Assembly: GCA_963422615.1 (NCBI GenBank)
Contig: OY730414.1
Span: 620,001 to 684,000 of the forward strand
Source: Longimicrobiales bacterium
Lineage (GTDB): Bacteria; Gemmatimonadota; Gemmatimonadetes; Longimicrobiales; Gaopeijiaceae
Direction: 5' to 3'
DNA: 64,000 bases
In this document: positions 11,235 through 19,565 of the stretch, in pieces
How positions within the stretch are numbered: position 1 is the first letter of the stretch
How the letters are laid out: each line of letters starts with the position of its first letter
Translations under genes and position numbers: made by a program
The notes under the pieces: generated by a model
What the model was told of the DNA's origin: nothing
The model's input: only the letters and a program-made list of their open reading frames with translations
The model's database searches: none

Positions 11235-12260
11235 ATGACCCGGTTGCCGCAAGGACGATCCCCTGCTTCCCTTCTGGCTGCTGCCGCCATCGTGCCGGTG
11301 GTGCTGGCGGCGTGCGAAGGATCCGATCCGGTCCTGGCCCGAGGCGAGGCCATTTTCGACACGTGCGCGCCCTGCCATGGGCCGCAGGGTGCCGGAAAAC
11401 CCTCCCTCGGGGCCCCCGCCATCGCCGGGGCTTCCGAGTGGTACCTCAGGGCGCAGCTTGACGCCTTTCGAACCCAGCGCAGGGGGTACCACTACCAGGA
11501 TGCGGAGGGGCTCAGAATGCGCCCCATGTCTCGCACGCTGAAGTCGGAAAAGGGAGACGTCGATGCGATCGTCGCCTATGTCGCCGGCCTGCCCGCTGCC
11601 GATCCCCCGGCCACCCGGGGCGGAGACGCGGAAGTGGGGGAGGAGGAGTACGCCACCCTTTGCGCCAACTGCCACGGCCGGGACGGAAGGGGCATGGAGG
11701 CACTGAGTGCTCCCTCCCTGCTTCACCTCAGTGATTGGTACATTGCTTCGTCGTTGAAGAAGTACCGGGAACGAATCAGGGGAGGATCCCTAGGAGACGC
11801 TGCGGGAGCCACCATGTATGCGCCTGTCTCGACCATTTCCGACGAGCGAATCGACGATGTGACGGCCTATATCATGACCATGCAAATGCTGCCCCGAAGG
11901 CCGAGTACCGCCGGAGCCCCTGCTTTGGCCGCCGTGGCGCCGCCGGACTTCGATCCGGCCATCCTGCCCGAGGGCGTGACTCCGGATATGGTGGAGGCGG
12001 GGCTTTCCGTCTTCCACGAAACGGGGATTTGCTACACCTGCCACACCCAGGGGGGCCAGGGTGGCCCGCTTGGACCCGACCTGACCGACGACGTCTGGCT
12101 GAACATCGACGGCGAATACGAATCCATCGTGGAGCTCGTCAACACAGGAGTTCCGCAACCCGTCGAGTACCCTGGGGCAATGCTCCCCACGGCCGGGATG
12201 CCCCTTACCGACGACCAGGTGCGGGCCGTTGCCGCCTACGTGTACGTTCTGAGCCGCTGA
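11235..12260 (+). CDS. Triheme c-type cytochrome lipoprotein (c4-like diheme plus a third c domain)
   Basis: ATG at 11235 after GAGGA. Lipobox LAAC. Three CxxCH motifs (CAPCH, CANCH, CYTCH) with candidate Met ligands. Confidence 0.9.
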   Translation: MTRLPQGRSPASLLAAAAIVPVVLAACEGSDPVLARGEAIFDTCAPCHGPQGAGKPSLGAPAIAGASEWYLRAQLDAFRTQRRGYHYQDAEGLRMRPMSRTLKSEKGDVDAIVAYVAGLPAADPPATRGGDAEVGEEEYATLCANCHGRDGRGMEALSAPSLLHLSDWYIASSLKKYRERIRGGSLGDAAGATMYAPVSTISDERIDDVTAYIMTMQMLPRRPSTAGAPALAAVAPPDFDPAILPEGVTPDMVEAGLSVFHETGICYTCHTQGGQGGPLGPDLTDDVWLNIDGEYESIVELVNTGVPQPVEYPGAMLPTAGMPLTDDQVRAVAAYVYVLSR

Positions 12261-12263
12261 TCC

Positions 12264-12443
12264 ATGGAAACGAAAACCTCTGATCACACCCCGACCCACC
12301 GGGAGCTGGCCGCCAAGATTCCAAGTCCGCCTCCCGATGCGGAAAACGAGGCGATCCTGTTCGCGAAGAAGACCTTCGGCTGGACCCTGATCCTTGCGGT
12401 CCTCTTCGTGGGAGCCGCCGTGGTGTACACCTTTTACCTATAG
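12264..12443 (+). CDS. 59-aa small membrane protein (not in the ORF track)
   Basis: Manual translation METKTSDHTPTHRELAAKIPSPPPDAENEAILFAKKTFGWTLILAVLFVGAAVVYTFYL*. Fills the space between cytochrome c (stop 12260) and subunit II (start 12446). One C-terminal TM helix. Confidence 0.75.
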   Translation: METKTSDHTPTHRELAAKIPSPPPDAENEAILFAKKTFGWTLILAVLFVGAAVVYTFYL

Positions 12444-12445
12444 TT

Positions 12446-13135
12446 ATGGAAACCACGCTCTTCGACAGCCTGGTTCGGGTCGCGTCTTCCTACGCGGCGG
12501 CAATCGACGGCCTAATCGTTCTTGTTCTCGTTCTGGTCGGCGTTTGGTTCCTCGCCGCCGAGGCCCTCTTCCTTTACTTCATTGTCAAGTTTCGAGCGAC
12601 GCCGGGCCGAAGGGCCGACTACATTGACGGGAAGAACAAGCGGCACAAGCGCTGGATCACCATTCCCCACCTTGCGGTGCTCCTGTGCGACGTCTGGATC
12701 ATCGTGATCTCCTTCCAGGTCTGGCACGCGGTCAAGCTTGACCTGCCCGAGAACCCCGACGCAGAGATTCGCATCATCGGCCAACAGTGGGCGTGGACCT
12801 TTCAGCACCCCGGGGCCGACGGCGTCCTGGACACGCCCGACGACATCTTTACGGTCGACGAACTCCACGTGGAGAACGAGAAGATCTATCACTTCAAGCT
12901 CGAAGCCACGGACGTTCTTCACAGCTTTTCGGTTCCGGTCTGGCGCATCAAGCAGGACGCCATTCCCGGCCGGAGCATCACCGGTTGGTTCCAGCCGACG
13001 GAGACCGGCGAATTCGACGTGCAGTGCGCCGAGATTTGCGGCTTCGGCCACGGAGTCATGGTGGCCACGGTTCGGGTTGAAGAAGCGCAAGAACATGCGG
13101 CCTGGGTAGCGGCCAACACGCCTCGAACCCAATAG
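12446..13135 (+). CDS. coxB: Cytochrome c oxidase subunit II (CuA)
   Basis: Two TM helices, GQQWAW, DVLHSF, CAEICGFGHGVM CuA motif. Confidence 0.95.
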   Translation: METTLFDSLVRVASSYAAAIDGLIVLVLVLVGVWFLAAEALFLYFIVKFRATPGRRADYIDGKNKRHKRWITIPHLAVLLCDVWIIVISFQVWHAVKLDLPENPDAEIRIIGQQWAWTFQHPGADGVLDTPDDIFTVDELHVENEKIYHFKLEATDVLHSFSVPVWRIKQDAIPGRSITGWFQPTETGEFDVQCAEICGFGHGVMVATVRVEEAQEHAAWVAANTPRTQ

Positions 13136-13162
13136 CCAGCAGATACGGAGGTTCCAAGAGAG

Positions 13163-14881
13163 ATGGCTGAGCCAGCGGTCGATCTGACACCCGGCCACCC
13201 CGCCGCCGATCATGCCGATCATGGGCCTCAGGGCTGGTTGAAGTACGTGTGGTCAACGGACCACAAGATCATTGCCATGCAGTACATGTTCACGGGCATG
13301 TTCATGGCGCTGATCGGTGGCTTCATGGCCTATGTCTTCCGCGTGCAGCTGGCGTTTCCGGGCGTGGATGTCCCCTTCTTCGGCGTGGTTTCCCCCGGAG
13401 AGTACAACGCGCTGGTGACCAACCACGGCACGATCATGATCTTCTGGGTGGCCATGCCCGTGCTCCTGGCGGCCTTCGGGAACTACCTGATCCCTCTCAT
13501 GGTCGGGGCAGACGACATGGTCTTCCCCCGGATCAACCGCCTGTCTTTTCAGATCTTCTTCATCAGCACGATCGTCATTCTGGCTTCTCTGGTCGTGGAA
13601 GGAGGGGGCTTCGCGGGGGCCTGGACCGCCTACCCGCCGCTGTCGGCGGATGCAGCGTACAACCTCACGCCGCTCGGGAGTACGTTGTGGCTCATCGGGG
13701 TCGGGCTGGAGTTCGTGGCCTTTCTGCTGGGAGGGATCAACTTCATCACCACCCTCATGAACTCCCGGGCCCCCGGGATGCGGGCCTTTGATGTCCCCGT
13801 GGTTGTGTGGATGATCGTCATCGCGAGCATCCTTTTCATGCTTTCCGTCGGCCCGCTCCTTGCCGGGGCGATCATGCTCCTCTTTGATCAGACCCTCGGC
13901 ACCGGCTTCTTCGATCCCGTGGCTGGGGGCGACCCCGTCCTGTGGCAGCACCTTTTCTGGTTCTTCGGACACCCGGAGGTGTATGTCGTTCTCCTGCCGG
14001 CCATGGGGATCGTGGCAGAGATTCTGACTACCTTCGCCCGGAAGAAACTCTTCGCGTATCGCACGGTCATCTTCACCGTGGTGGCCACGGGCGTGCTCAG
14101 CTTCTTCGTGTGGGCCCACCACCAGTTCATCGCGGGGATCGACCCGCGAATGGCGAACCTCTTCACCATTACCACGCTGCTGATCTCGGTCCCCATCGCG
14201 GAGCTGTGCTTCATCTACATTGCCACCCTGTACGGCGGATCCATTACCCTTTCCACGCCCATGCTGTGGGCATTGGCTTTCGTCGCCGAATTCCTCATCG
14301 GGGGGGTAACAGGGATCTTTCTGGGGGCTGCGGGGGCAGACATCTACTTTCACGACACGTACTTCGTCCTGGCTCACTTCCACTACACGTTCTTCCCCAT
14401 TGCCATCATCGGGACCTTTGCGGCCTTTACCTATTGGTTTCCCAAAATATTCGGCAAAATGATGGATGAGCGTCTGGGCAAGATCCACTTCTGGGGAACC
14501 GTCATTCCCTTCAACTTCATCTTCATTCCTCTTTTCGTGCTGGGGATGGGCGGCCAGCACCGGCGAATCTACGACTATACCCATTTCTCCGAGCTCGCCG
14601 GCGGCGGATTCCAGAACCTTCGGATCGTTGCGACCATTTCCCTGCTCGTCATGCTCGCCTTCCAGCTTGTCTTCTTCTACAACTGCTACAAGTCGTGGCG
14701 TTCCGGAAAGAAGGCGTCGAGGAACCCTTGGAGGGCCAACTCCCTGGAATGGACCACCGAGTCACCGCCTCCCCATGGAAACTGGCACCCGGACGAGCTG
14801 CCGGTTGTGTACCGGGGGCCCTACGAATACAGCGTGCCCGATCGTGAAGACGACTATTGGCCCCAGAACGAGCCCGCCTGA
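13163..14881 (+). CDS. coxA: Heme-copper oxidase subunit I, A1 type with atypical proton-channel residues
   Basis: TDHK, NHG (low-spin heme His), WFFGHPEVY, WAHH, HDT..V.AHFH, RR pair. Confidence 0.97.
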   Translation: MAEPAVDLTPGHPAADHADHGPQGWLKYVWSTDHKIIAMQYMFTGMFMALIGGFMAYVFRVQLAFPGVDVPFFGVVSPGEYNALVTNHGTIMIFWVAMPVLLAAFGNYLIPLMVGADDMVFPRINRLSFQIFFISTIVILASLVVEGGGFAGAWTAYPPLSADAAYNLTPLGSTLWLIGVGLEFVAFLLGGINFITTLMNSRAPGMRAFDVPVVVWMIVIASILFMLSVGPLLAGAIMLLFDQTLGTGFFDPVAGGDPVLWQHLFWFFGHPEVYVVLLPAMGIVAEILTTFARKKLFAYRTVIFTVVATGVLSFFVWAHHQFIAGIDPRMANLFTITTLLISVPIAELCFIYIATLYGGSITLSTPMLWALAFVAEFLIGGVTGIFLGAAGADIYFHDTYFVLAHFHYTFFPIAIIGTFAAFTYWFPKIFGKMMDERLGKIHFWGTVIPFNFIFIPLFVLGMGGQHRRIYDYTHFSELAGGGFQNLRIVATISLLVMLAFQLVFFYNCYKSWRSGKKASRNPWRANSLEWTTESPPPHGNWHPDELPVVYRGPYEYSVPDREDDYWPQNEPA

Positions 14882-14899
14882 CCCGATGAGATCCTCCGA

Positions 14900-15469
14900 A
14901 TGAAGCCGATCGCAACCACCCGCGCCGCTACGGGAATCGCCACCGGCAAACTGGCCGTGTGGTGGGTACTGGCGTCGGAGGTCGTAATTTTCGGCGGTTT
15001 GCTTGCTGTGTACATCATGCACCGGTTGGGTCACCCGGAGTGGGGAGATGCGGCCATTCACACCAATGTCCGCCTCGGGGCGCTCAACACGTTCGTGTTG
15101 CTGTCCTCGAGCCTCACGGCGGTGCTGGCCCACCAGGCGGCGGAACGAGGGGACGGGAAGACCGCGGCTCGGTTTCTCTACATCACCATTGGAGGGGCCG
15201 TCACCTTTATCGGAGTCAAGTCCTACGAATGGTGGTACGAGATATCCCACGGATACACGATCATGACCAACACCTTTTGGTCATTCTACTATTCGGCTGC
15301 GGGACTTCACGCTCTCCACGTGATTGCGGGGGCCGTGATCATGGCCTTCGTGGCCCGTGATGCGAAGCGGAACATCGAGCTCCACCGGGTGGAGCTGATC
15401 GGCATCTACTGGCACTTCGTAGACATCGTCTGGATCTTCCTCTTCCCGTTGCTCTATATCGCGAAATAG
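14900..15469 (+). CDS. coxC: Cytochrome c oxidase subunit III (short, copy 1)
   Basis: LASEVVIF, NTFVLLSSS, GLHALHV, YWHFVD.VW.FLFP. Confidence 0.92.
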   Translation: MKPIATTRAATGIATGKLAVWWVLASEVVIFGGLLAVYIMHRLGHPEWGDAAIHTNVRLGALNTFVLLSSSLTAVLAHQAAERGDGKTAARFLYITIGGAVTFIGVKSYEWWYEISHGYTIMTNTFWSFYYSAAGLHALHVIAGAVIMAFVARDAKRNIELHRVELIGIYWHFVDIVWIFLFPLLYIAK

Positions 15470-15476
15470 GCGGACC

Positions 15477-16058
15477 ATGGCCGTATTGTCCAAGATGCTG
15501 TCCAATCACTACGTCAAGGTCTACCTTGCCCTGATTGGGCTCTTCGTCGTCAGCGTCGCGGGTCCGACGCTTGAGATCACGTGGGTGACCCTGACCACGG
15601 CCTTCGGGGTGGCCGTGATCAAGGCGTGGCTGGTCATCAAGCACTTCATGCACCTTGCCATTGAGCGTCCCATTGCCAAGTGGTTCCTGGCTGCTTCGGT
15701 GTTGTTGATGGTGCTGCTGTGGGGAGGCGTTGCCCCGGATGTGCAAAAGCACGAGGGCGCCAACTGGGAGAACGTCGCGGCGAAGGCCGCAGTGGAACGG
15801 GGGATATCGGAGCCGGAGGCCCACGACGACGAAGCGCACGTTGAACAGGCGGTCACGGCCGGATTGGTGCCCACCGCAAAGTCGAATTCGAATCTTCTCC
15901 CCGGCGGGTACAACTTCACTCACGTCGCGTTTTGGTCCGTGGTGGGTTTGGTCGCCGTGGGAACCAACGCCGTGGCCATCATGCTCCTGCTGGGTGCAGG
16001 GCTCCTGGTATTTGAGACCGTGAAGAAGTACCGGGAGAAACGGGAGGTCTCACCCTAG
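15477..16058 (+). CDS. Cytochrome c oxidase subunit IV-family protein with long C-terminal extension
   Basis: Y..VY.AL, AVIKA.LV..HFMHL..E motif. Extra polar segment and a further hydrophobic helix. Confidence 0.8.
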   Translation: MAVLSKMLSNHYVKVYLALIGLFVVSVAGPTLEITWVTLTTAFGVAVIKAWLVIKHFMHLAIERPIAKWFLAASVLLMVLLWGGVAPDVQKHEGANWENVAAKAAVERGISEPEAHDDEAHVEQAVTAGLVPTAKSNSNLLPGGYNFTHVAFWSVVGLVAVGTNAVAIMLLLGAGLLVFETVKKYREKREVSP

Positions 16059-16061
16059 GAG

Positions 16062-16664
16062 GTGACCGTGTCGGCAGACGCTACCGTCATTCCATTTCGT
16101 CCCCGTCCCCGCAGGGTGCGGAAGCTGGTCTCAAACGGGGTCATGGGGATGGTCCTCTTCATTTTCGTGGAGGTCATGGTGTTTGCCGGGTTTATCTCGG
16201 CCTTCGTGATCGTGAAGTCCCGGGCCCCGGGCTCCGTGTGGCCCCCGCCGGGTCAGCCGCGCCTCCCCTTCCAGGAAACCGCCCTCAACACGGCGGCCCT
16301 GATTGCCAGCGGATTGGTGTTGCTGTGGGCCCACTGGGCCTACCAGCGGGGCAGAAAAAATATCGGGTTATCGCTCCTGCTGGCCACGGGACTGGGCGTC
16401 GGCTTCGTCGCCCTTCAAGGGGTGGAGTGGGCCGCGTTGTTGCGGGACGGTCTGACCATGACCTCTTCCACCTACGGGAGCCTGTTCTACACGATTATCG
16501 GGACTCACGCCGTCCATGCCATTGTGGCCATCTTCGCGCTGGCGTGGGCCGGGGTTCGATTGCGATTGGGCAAGCTGACCCCCGAAGTCCTCTCCGTTGT
16601 GTCTCTGTTTTGGTACTTCGTGGTCCTGGTCTGGCCTTTTCTGTACCTGCAGGTGTACCTGTAG
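16062..16664 (+). CDS. Cytochrome c oxidase subunit III (short, copy 2)
   Basis: FIFVEVMVF, WPPPG, LNT..LI.S, GTHAVHA, FWYFV.LVWP. RBS AGGAGG. Confidence 0.88.
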   Translation: MTVSADATVIPFRPRPRRVRKLVSNGVMGMVLFIFVEVMVFAGFISAFVIVKSRAPGSVWPPPGQPRLPFQETALNTAALIASGLVLLWAHWAYQRGRKNIGLSLLLATGLGVGFVALQGVEWAALLRDGLTMTSSTYGSLFYTIIGTHAVHAIVAIFALAWAGVRLRLGKLTPEVLSVVSLFWYFVVLVWPFLYLQVYL

Positions 16665-16666
16665 CC

Positions 16667-16933
16667 ATGGACGGTTTTCGGATGCCCAGAGTAGGGATGA
16701 CGCTGGCGGTGCTCGTTTTCCTGGCCCTTACCCCGGAGCATCTCCACGCGTGCCCCGTCTGCTTTGATCGGGACGACGAAGCCCGCCTCGCTTTTTTGGC
16801 GACGACGGCGCTGCTTACGCTGTTGCCGTTGGGCATGGCCCTGGGGACGGGCGTGTGGTTGCGGAAGCGAGCCCGGAAAAGGGAAGAATACGGTGCTGGG
16901 GAGGACGCGCTAGCCTCCCCGGATGAAGCCTAG
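16667..16933 (+). CDS. 88-aa exported/membrane peptide with HACPVC motif
   Basis: ATG just after the previous stop. Signal-like N-terminus, CxxC directly after the predicted cleavage site, one TM helix, basic stop-transfer. Confidence 0.7.
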   Translation: MDGFRMPRVGMTLAVLVFLALTPEHLHACPVCFDRDDEARLAFLATTALLTLLPLGMALGTGVWLRKRARKREEYGAGEDALASPDEA

Positions 16934-17508
16934 CCCGATTCGGTGCCTGGGTCGGTGGTCAACTCCAGAGCTTCTTCCAGTCCAGCCAAGAAGTCTCGGT
17001 CTCCCTCCGGGACCGGTCCGATCCAGCTGAATGCGACCGTGCCCGCCCCGTTGATGAGGACTGAAGTAGGGAGCCCTCTGGCGAGAAAGGCATCCCGGGA
17101 AGTTGCGGCCGGATCAAGGACGATGTCGTAGCCGACCCCCATCTCTTCGACGAAGTCTACGACTGCCTCCCGGTCGGCCCGCCTGTCAATGGAAATTCCC
17201 AGGATCCGAAGCCCGCGCGGCTTGTACTGTTCGTACAGGGATTGAAGGTAGGGGGTTTCGGTCTTGCAGGGATGGCACCATGTGGCCCAGAGGTTCACGA
17301 GCAGTGTTTTGCCCCGGTAGTCTGCGAGGGAAACGGAGGATCCGTCCTGCAGGGACACCGCCGTGAATACAGGCGCCCGGTCGCCTCGGCGGAGGGTGGC
17401 CGACTCCGAAGGAATGCATCCGGACAGAGTTGGCGCCAGCCCTGCAAGGAGCGCAACTCGGCCGGCCGTGCCGAGGCGCAACCGGTTCCGGGTCAGCTGG
17501 GCGGCCAC
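16930..17508 (-). CDS. TlpA/ResA-like thiol-disulfide oxidoreductase lipoprotein (start uncertain)
   Basis: NLWATWCHPC, GLPTS cis-Pro motif, lipobox LSGC. The ORF extends to 17751 but the upstream part looks non-coding. Confidence 0.85.
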   Translation of the reverse strand: MAAQLTRNRLRLGTAGRVALLAGLAPTLSGCIPSESATLRRGDRAPVFTAVSLQDGSSVSLADYRGKTLLVNLWATWCHPCKTETPYLQSLYEQYKPRGLRILGISIDRRADREAVVDFVEEMGVGYDIVLDPAATSRDAFLARGLPTSVLINGAGTVAFSWIGPVPEGDRDFLAGLEEALELTTDPGTESG

Positions 17509-17911
17509 GATAGCCGGATCCAGATCACCGGAGACGGATCCCGTGGGGTCCACTGCCACGCATTCGCCGTTGGAAGCCGCGGACGCGGAACCCGAGTGCC
17601 GGCATGCGGGGTGTGGTGGGTCGCTCGCTCTCTGCCGGCTCTTCGTGCTAGGGATGGGCGAGCTCTCACACCCTGGGCTTCCCGGTATTCTGGCGGCCCG
17701 AACGGTCATGGGCGCCACCGCCAGATCGGTGGTCCGCCGGCCGGGCATCATAAGGTCGTTTCATTTGGATTTCCTGTCTTCTGGCACCGAATTAGAAGGT
17801 CGGAAGCCTGGGGAGCGGAGGCAAGCGAACCCCATTTCCGGGCGAAGCCTTCCCCGCAGCAGGAGACGAGCGACAGAGGAGTGGATCGCCCAAGAAGCCC
17901 AGGAATCAGGC

Positions 17912-18002
17912 CCTGGAATCTCCTCTTTTTCGGGGCCGCGAACTTGGGGGCCGGTCAATGATCCCCTCCAGCTGGCCCGTGTTCGGGACGTGATCCTTGG
18001 AA
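17912..18002 (+). repeat. Direct repeat copy 1 (91 bp) of an internal segment of the EEP gene
   Basis: cctggaatctcctctttttcggggccgcgaac...gtgatccttggaa matches 18763-18852 with two substitutions and one extra G. Confidence 0.95.
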
Positions 18003-18101
18003 TTTGGAAATATGAATTTCTTGCAAATTTCCGAGCTGGCTATTTTATGATTACCTGTCCTCTACGGTTCTTCGTTGGGGGAAGAATTCCGAACCACCCA
18101 A

Positions 18102-18470
18102 ATGAGTGAGGAGGACAGAAGATGTTTTGAGCGACGCAACCTAGTGATGGCGGCCATTCTACTGGCTGCTCTAGGGCTCGTGACCACTCCGGTACGGACA
18201 ACCGCGCAGCCGCCGGCTCCCGAACCAGAATGCACCATGAGGTGTGGATGCGTCAAGGAAAAGGGCTGCGGATATCAGATGGGCGGAGGAAACGGCGGCA
18301 GTTGTAGCGCCAGCGGCAATGGGTGTTTTGTCCACCGGCGTGGCGTCAATGGCGTCGGTTTTTTTCGTCGGACGGAAGCATCCTGTCTGAAGAAGCACAC
18401 AAAGGGGACGGTTTCTTGGGTGACGCTGCCTTTCGGGATCGCTGTCGCTAGAAACTGTGCCCGGGGGTGA
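18102..18470 (+). CDS. Small Cys/Gly-rich secreted protein, possibly frameshifted at its start
   Basis: Signal peptide (VMAAILLAALGLV...TTAQ) followed by eight Cys. Lower-GC context. The best RBS (GAGGAGG, 18108-18114) precedes an out-of-frame ATG at 18122. Confidence 0.55.
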   Translation: MSEEDRRCFERRNLVMAAILLAALGLVTTPVRTTAQPPAPEPECTMRCGCVKEKGCGYQMGGGNGGSCSASGNGCFVHRRGVNGVGFFRRTEASCLKKHTKGTVSWVTLPFGIAVARNCARG

Positions 18471-18569
18471 TCGTTGAACGATTCTTGACGCCGGCCTAGG
18501 CTTTGTGGAGTTGCGGAACAAAGACTACATTCCGAAAGAATCCCCCAGCAACCAAGTCTCCGATTTTCG

Positions 18570-19565
18570 GTGTCCTTTCCAGCCTACACATCGTCCACGG
18601 CAACCCCTGTGACGGTGCCGGTTGTTCCCCTGCATATGCTGTGGGTTGGCGTGATCCTCACCGGGTGCAGCTCCGAATCCACGTTGGTTCCCGACCCGGA
18701 ACCTGTGCCGGAGCCTGTGGCCATTCCTGCCTGGGGCACCCCCACGACCTTTGAAGTGGCCACCTGGAATCTCCTCTTTTTCGGGGCCGCGAACTCGGGG
18801 CCGGTCAATGATTCCCTCCAGCTGGCCCGTGTTCGGGACGTGATCCTTGGAACCGATGCCGATCTCTGGGGCGTGCAGGAAGTTTCCCGGGGCGCCGCTT
18901 TTGCACAGTTGGTATCCCAACTTCCAGGTTATGGCGGACTGCTGGTCAACGACCCTGCCGTCCCGAACGGCGCGGACCACTACGACAGCTTCGAACTGAA
19001 GGTCGGGCTCATCTTCAAGCGCTCAACGATCGAGATTGTCGGTGCTCGGGTCATTCTCACCGAACTCGAACCCGCGTTCGCGGGTCGGCCGCCCTTGGAA
19101 GTGAAAGCCAGGCTGACCCTCGGCGGAGCTGTCCGGGACGTTGTGATCATCGTCCTGCACGCAAAGGCCAACGCCCAGGTTTCGTCGTGGGAGCGCCGGG
19201 CCGCGGCTGCCCTGGGATTGAAAGAATACCTCGACACAGCGTGGGCTGGCGACCCCGTATTCGTCCCCGGAGACTGGAACGACGATGTAGACGAGTCGAT
19301 CACCCCCGGACGGGACACGCCCTATCGGACCTTCGTGGACGCTGCGGACTGGGCCTTCCCTACGGCCGAGCTGAGCGCTGCGGGTGCCGTATCGATTCTG
19401 GGCTTTCCCGACGTGATCGACCATATCCTGGCTTCCGACGAGACCATGGCGTGGTACAGTCCGGGATCGGCGTCGGTCTATCGGGTGGACGAGTACATTC
19501 CCCGATATGAGGAGACCACCAGCGACCACCTACCGGTGCTGGTACGCTTCAGTCCGGACCGATAG
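18570..19565 (+). CDS. Endonuclease/exonuclease/phosphatase (EEP) family lipoprotein (start uncertain)
   Basis: ATWN, VQE, LHAK, GDWND, IDHI, SDHLP motifs. Lipobox LTGC. Confidence 0.9.
   Translation: MSFPAYTSSTATPVTVPVVPLHMLWVGVILTGCSSESTLVPDPEPVPEPVAIPAWGTPTTFEVATWNLLFFGAANSGPVNDSLQLARVRDVILGTDADLWGVQEVSRGAAFAQLVSQLPGYGGLLVNDPAVPNGADHYDSFELKVGLIFKRSTIEIVGARVILTELEPAFAGRPPLEVKARLTLGGAVRDVVIIVLHAKANAQVSSWERRAAAALGLKEYLDTAWAGDPVFVPGDWNDDVDESITPGRDTPYRTFVDAADWAFPTAELSAAGAVSILGFPDVIDHILASDETMAWYSPGSASVYRVDEYIPRYEETTSDHLPVLVRFSPDR
18763..18852 (+). repeat. Direct repeat copy 2 (90 bp), in frame within the EEP gene
   Basis: Encodes WNLLFFGAANSGPVNDSLQLARVRDVILG. Near-identical to 17912-18002. 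Confidence 0.95.

Noticed and set aside
13163..14881. Subunit I as a nitric oxide reductase
   Set aside because: The cross-linking Tyr (HPEVY), all CuB His ligands, the D-channel entry and subunits III/IV are retained, which indicates an O2 reductase scaffold.
17912..18852. The repeat pair as a diversity-generating retroelement TR/VR, or as CRISPR repeats
   Set aside because: Differences are C/T changes and a G insertion, not adenine-specific. No reverse transcriptase or cas gene is in the window, and there are only two 90-bp copies.
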